Shown: in pieces, positions 27,490-30,154 of the stretch
How the letters are laid out: the number at the start of each line of letters is the position of its first letter
Position numbering within the stretch: position 1 is the first letter of the stretch
From: a virus
Lineage: Duplodnaviria > Caudoviricetes
Virus record (IMG/VR): IMGVR_UViG_3300031965_000116
Coordinates: 1 to 30,154 of that record
DNA length: 30,154 bases
Reading direction: 5' to 3' (one strand)
Program-made: the position numbers and the translations under genes
The notes under the pieces: model-generated
The model's database searches: none
What the model was told of the DNA's origin: nothing
The model's input: only the letters and a program-made list of their open reading frames with translations

Positions 27490-27527
27490 GCGAAGCTCGC
27501 TAGGTGAGCGTAGTTCAGCCTTAGCTG
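27481..27527 (-). repeat. Mini-hairpin element, inverted copy flanked by a CTTAGCTG direct repeat
   Basis: Reverse complement reads CAGCTAAGGCTGAACTACGCTCACCTAGCGAGCTTCGCTCAGCTAAG. Confidence 0.9.
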
Positions 27528-27645
27528 GTTAATGGAAAGTATTTTTTCAGAAGAAATAGTGTCTTCTTCGGAATAAAAAAGTAGCAACGATGGTAGCGTA
27601 GTAAAGAAGTCAGGTAAGCTTGTTAGCTATAAGAATACAAGAGAA

Positions 27646-28494
27646 GTGAATAAGATGAGGAAGCGCCTGGATGAGTACAACAGCTATATATCTGATCAAG
27701 ATATCCAAGCTCAGTATAACAATACAACCTCCTCCTCCTCCTACTCCTCCATTACATATGACAACTCGTTTGAAACGTCATTAATGCCTAATAATCTTAA
27801 TCACTTATCCATTTTCAAAACTTTTCTAGATTGCACTCTAATCCGTAGATTTGTTGGTGATTTCGATCACGGTGGAAGGCTTTATGGAGGTGCTCATATT
27901 GAGCTTGGAGGTCGGGTTGAACCCTCTGATGCAGATAAACCCTTTAAACGCTATCGCCGGGATATTACCATCAATGGTAATTCTGTTACTGAACTAGACT
28001 TTTCTAGCCTACACATCAATATGCTTTATAATCAATTAGGTTTAGAAGGCCCTGGAGACGCCTACAGTGTGTTTAAGGAGCAACCTCTACTCCGTTTACT
28101 CGCCAAGCGTCTAATGCTCGTAGCAGTCAACGTAGCGCGTTCTAGCACTATCTTTAGAGAAGTTTCTAAGTGGCTTGAGACGGAACTTGTTTTGAAAGCT
28201 CAATTTGAAGCTTCTGGGTATAGCCTTGAAGAGATCTATGATCTTCTTTTAGAACGACATACAGCTATCAGACCTCTTCTTAACAACCCTGCTACTGGGC
28301 TAAAGCTTCAACGGATGGATTCAGACATAGCTTTCAACATTATTGACGAGATGATGAATCAAGGAATTCCTTGTTTACCTGTTCATGATTCCTTCATTGT
28401 TCCTAGCCAACACGAAAAATTGCTTGAGGAGACGATGAAGGCTAAATACAAGGAGCGTATGGGATTTGATATTCGGGTCGCCAAGAAATACTAG
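27646..28494 (+). CDS. Minimal Pol A / T7-RNA-polymerase superfamily catalytic protein (TV-Pol-like); start uncertain
   Basis: GGRLY, motif A ELDFSSLH, motif B RLLAKRLML, LQRMDSDIA and motif C VHDSF, in canonical order. Confidence 0.75.
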   Translation: MNKMRKRLDEYNSYISDQDIQAQYNNTTSSSSYSSITYDNSFETSLMPNNLNHLSIFKTFLDCTLIRRFVGDFDHGGRLYGGAHIELGGRVEPSDADKPFKRYRRDITINGNSVTELDFSSLHINMLYNQLGLEGPGDAYSVFKEQPLLRLLAKRLMLVAVNVARSSTIFREVSKWLETELVLKAQFEASGYSLEEIYDLLLERHTAIRPLLNNPATGLKLQRMDSDIAFNIIDEMMNQGIPCLPVHDSFIVPSQHEKLLEETMKAKYKERMGFDIRVAKKY

Positions 28495-28549
28495 ATAAAA
28501 AGCTTGAATACTCTCATTCTAAAATGTTTACAAAAATGACATGACCCCA

Positions 28550-28578
28550 TTGCGCTAATAGCTGAATAAGGTTATACT
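28550..28578 (+). promoter_or_regulatory. Sigma70-type promoter
   Basis: TTGCGC-17 nt-TATACT, followed by RBS AAGGAG at 28587-28592. Confidence 0.7.
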
Positions 28579-28601
28579 ATTTCAATAAGGAGATAGATAA
28601 G

Positions 28602-28676
28602 ATGACATCACTAGTTTGCTGGACAGCAGCCGCCCTACTTATGGGGACAGCCTATTGGATCCTGGAGAATACCTAA
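28602..28676 (+). CDS. 24-aa hydrophobic peptide MTSLVCWTAAALLMGTAYWILENT
   Basis: First ATG after the promoter and a strong RBS. Stops 2 nt before the next ATG. Confidence 0.6.
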   Translation: MTSLVCWTAAALLMGTAYWILENT

Positions 28677-28678
28677 CA

Positions 28679-28834
28679 ATGTTAACAATTGATGAACAAC
28701 TAACACAAACAGTTAATAAGCTCAAAAGCGTAGAGCTAGATGCTAGGGATTGGGTTGAAGTATTCTGTATCCAAGATACCCTAATTCAAAAACTCGTTGA
28801 ACTTCTCAAAGAAAAGTATTCAGCAATTAAATAA
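28679..28834 (+). CDS. Small hypothetical protein (start revised from 28616)
   Basis: GGAG upstream of ATG 28679; helical. Confidence 0.55.
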   Translation: MLTIDEQLTQTVNKLKSVELDARDWVEVFCIQDTLIQKLVELLKEKYSAIK

Positions 28835-28838
28835 GCTA

Positions 28839-29210
28839 ATGACAAAAATAACTAACAATGGCCGGCTACCAACAAGTGTAGACGTTTCCTTCGATGAGCC
28901 TTGCACTATTCAATTACGCTCAACATCGACATTACAGCCAGGAGATCGCTATTATCATCCAGCTCCTAACCATAATAACAACTACTTAGAGATCATTGAG
29001 CAACATGGACAGCCACTAAAACTAGAAGAGATTGGATCCCTGTTAGGAATAACCAGGGAACGTGTTCGTCAACTAGAACGTGGTGCCCTAGCTAAGCTCA
29101 GAAAAGCTCGAGTCTCAAAGAAGTATGAGTTAGATAGCTTTATTGATCAGATCGACAGCCAACCTAATTACTACAGTAGGAGCCATAACTTTGAAGACAT
29201 TTACAATTGA
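28839..29210 (+). CDS. Stand-alone sigma70 region 4 HTH protein
   Basis: PLKLEEIGSLLGITRERVRQLERGALAKLRK matches the RpoD region 4.2 pattern. No region 2 is visible. ATG at 28839 preferred. Confidence 0.85.
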   Translation: MTKITNNGRLPTSVDVSFDEPCTIQLRSTSTLQPGDRYYHPAPNHNNNYLEIIEQHGQPLKLEEIGSLLGITRERVRQLERGALAKLRKARVSKKYELDSFIDQIDSQPNYYSRSHNFEDIYN

Positions 29211-29397
29211 TCATGACAGTGGCGACTCACATACGGACCTTTCAATTACGCTAAAAATCCCTACAGCTAAGATTGATATTCTTATTACAGTACTTTCAGC
29301 TATCAGAGATGTAGATATCTACAATGCAATCTTAGATATTGGATGGGAAATGAATCTTCTTTCACTAGATAATCTATTTAGGCAATTTGATGACTAA
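29143..29397 (+). CDS. Hypothetical protein (start uncertain)
   Basis: Fills the gap and overlaps both neighbours. Confidence 0.45.
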   Translation: MIRSTANLITTVGAITLKTFTIDHDSGDSHTDLSITLKIPTAKIDILITVLSAIRDVDIYNAILDIGWEMNLLSLDNLFRQFDD

Positions 29398-29869
29398 TCC
29401 TAAATACTTTGAACCTAGATTATTAACACCTACAGAACGTGAAAGATACGAAACTGAACATCGTTATCTAGAGTCTCCAATTGATACAAGTATTCTAGAT
29501 AACTGGTCTGCAACTCAATCACTTGACTCTCCAAGGATTGGTTCACAAAAACCACAAAGCATTTTATCTGTATGTAAAGTTCCTGATTGTAGAGGAATTG
29601 TTTGGGCTAAGCAGAAGTGTAGGACGCACTATGGTAAAGCATACAGAGAGAAGAGAAAGGAGCTCGTCATGCTTTTAGCTGGTCTTCATTCGCCTAAAAG
29701 CCCTTCTAAGCAATCTTCAGAGCTAACTACCCCTAGTACCCTGGGTAAGCTTCTGAAAACGCCTCAGAACCCCTCTCAGAGCCTTCCAGAGGCATCTACG
29801 TCAACTACCTTCACCCCTGAGGAGATGGTCAAGCTAATAAAGCTTCTACTTGAAGCAACGAACAGCTAA
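29387..29869 (+). CDS. Small zinc-finger protein (C-x4-C...C-x2-H)
   Basis: CKVPDCRGIVWAKQKCRTHY. The Pro/Ser-rich part is encoded by copy C of the 140-bp element. Confidence 0.6.
   Translation: MMTNPKYFEPRLLTPTERERYETEHRYLESPIDTSILDNWSATQSLDSPRIGSQKPQSILSVCKVPDCRGIVWAKQKCRTHYGKAYREKRKELVMLLAGLHSPKSPSKQSSELTTPSTLGKLLKTPQNPSQSLPEASTSTTFTPEEMVKLIKLLLEATNS
29690..29795 (+). repeat. Degenerate copy C of the ~140-bp element, inside a coding sequence
   Basis: CTACCCCTAG and CTCAGAACCCCTCTCAGAGCCTTC match blocks of copies A and B. Confidence 0.65.
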
Positions 29870-29914
29870 GGCTGAGCTACGTTCGCCTAGCGAACAAAGT
29901 TCAGCTATAAGGAG
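29864..29914 (+). repeat. Mini-hairpin element cluster
   Basis: AGCTAAGGCTGAGCTACGTTCGCCTAGCGAACAAAGTTCAGCT, between a stop codon and RBS AAGGAG. Confidence 0.9.
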
Positions 29915-29924
29915 ATAATACACC

Positions 29925-30125
29925 GTGAACACAGAGACTACAGATACCAAATGGCCATTCGATATCATCGACATACCAGATAACAACAAACAGGTGGAAA
30001 TAGACAATCTCAATAAGAAAGCTACAGAGATATGCACAGAGATTGGATATGCTACATTTCAAAACTTCCTCTATCTTAAGAAGCTTGAGCAGATCAATGA
30101 TCAGATTGCCAAGCTAAACCAATAA
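29925..30125 (+). CDS. Small hypothetical protein
   Basis: RBS AAGGAG and GTG start. Confidence 0.65.
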   Translation: MNTETTDTKWPFDIIDIPDNNKQVEIDNLNKKATEICTEIGYATFQNFLYLKKLEQINDQIAKLNQ

Positions 30126-30154
30126 GATGAATGATTATGATTTCATAGGCATTA

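Noticed and set aside
28616-28678. TTG start at 28616 for the 72-aa ORF
   Set aside because: The RBS fits ATG 28602 in another frame, and ATG 28679 has its own GGAG.
29387-29869. HNH homing endonuclease
   Set aside because: Only the zinc-finger motif is present; no HNH catalytic core is visible.

Overview
This window is about 30 kb of a tailed dsDNA phage or prophage genome, and nearly all genes are on the + strand. It opens with the 3' end of an IS200/IS605 tnpB element. A podovirus-type virion module follows: putative small terminase, a GNAT protein, large terminase with a mini-intein, portal, scaffold, major capsid protein, accessory virion proteins, a ~1000-aa repeat region fused to a head-tail adaptor, a virion-type protein carrying an Ala-start (class 3-type) LAGLIDADG intein, a tail nozzle and three ejection-type proteins. 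It ends with a minimal Pol A/T7-RNAP-fold polymerase gene and a sigma70-promoter-driven cluster of small genes. Items missed by the ORF track: (1) a 56-aa Cys4 zinc-finger ORF with its own RBS nested out of frame inside the terminase intein; (2) a dispersed family of mini-hairpin elements, found both between stop codons and RBSs and as in-frame 21-nt inserts in proteins; (3) a ~140-bp element in three copies, two inverted around the structural block; (4) a repeat-rich 438-bp intergenic region with a leftward promoter. All product calls rest on motif recognition and gene order; no database search was run.
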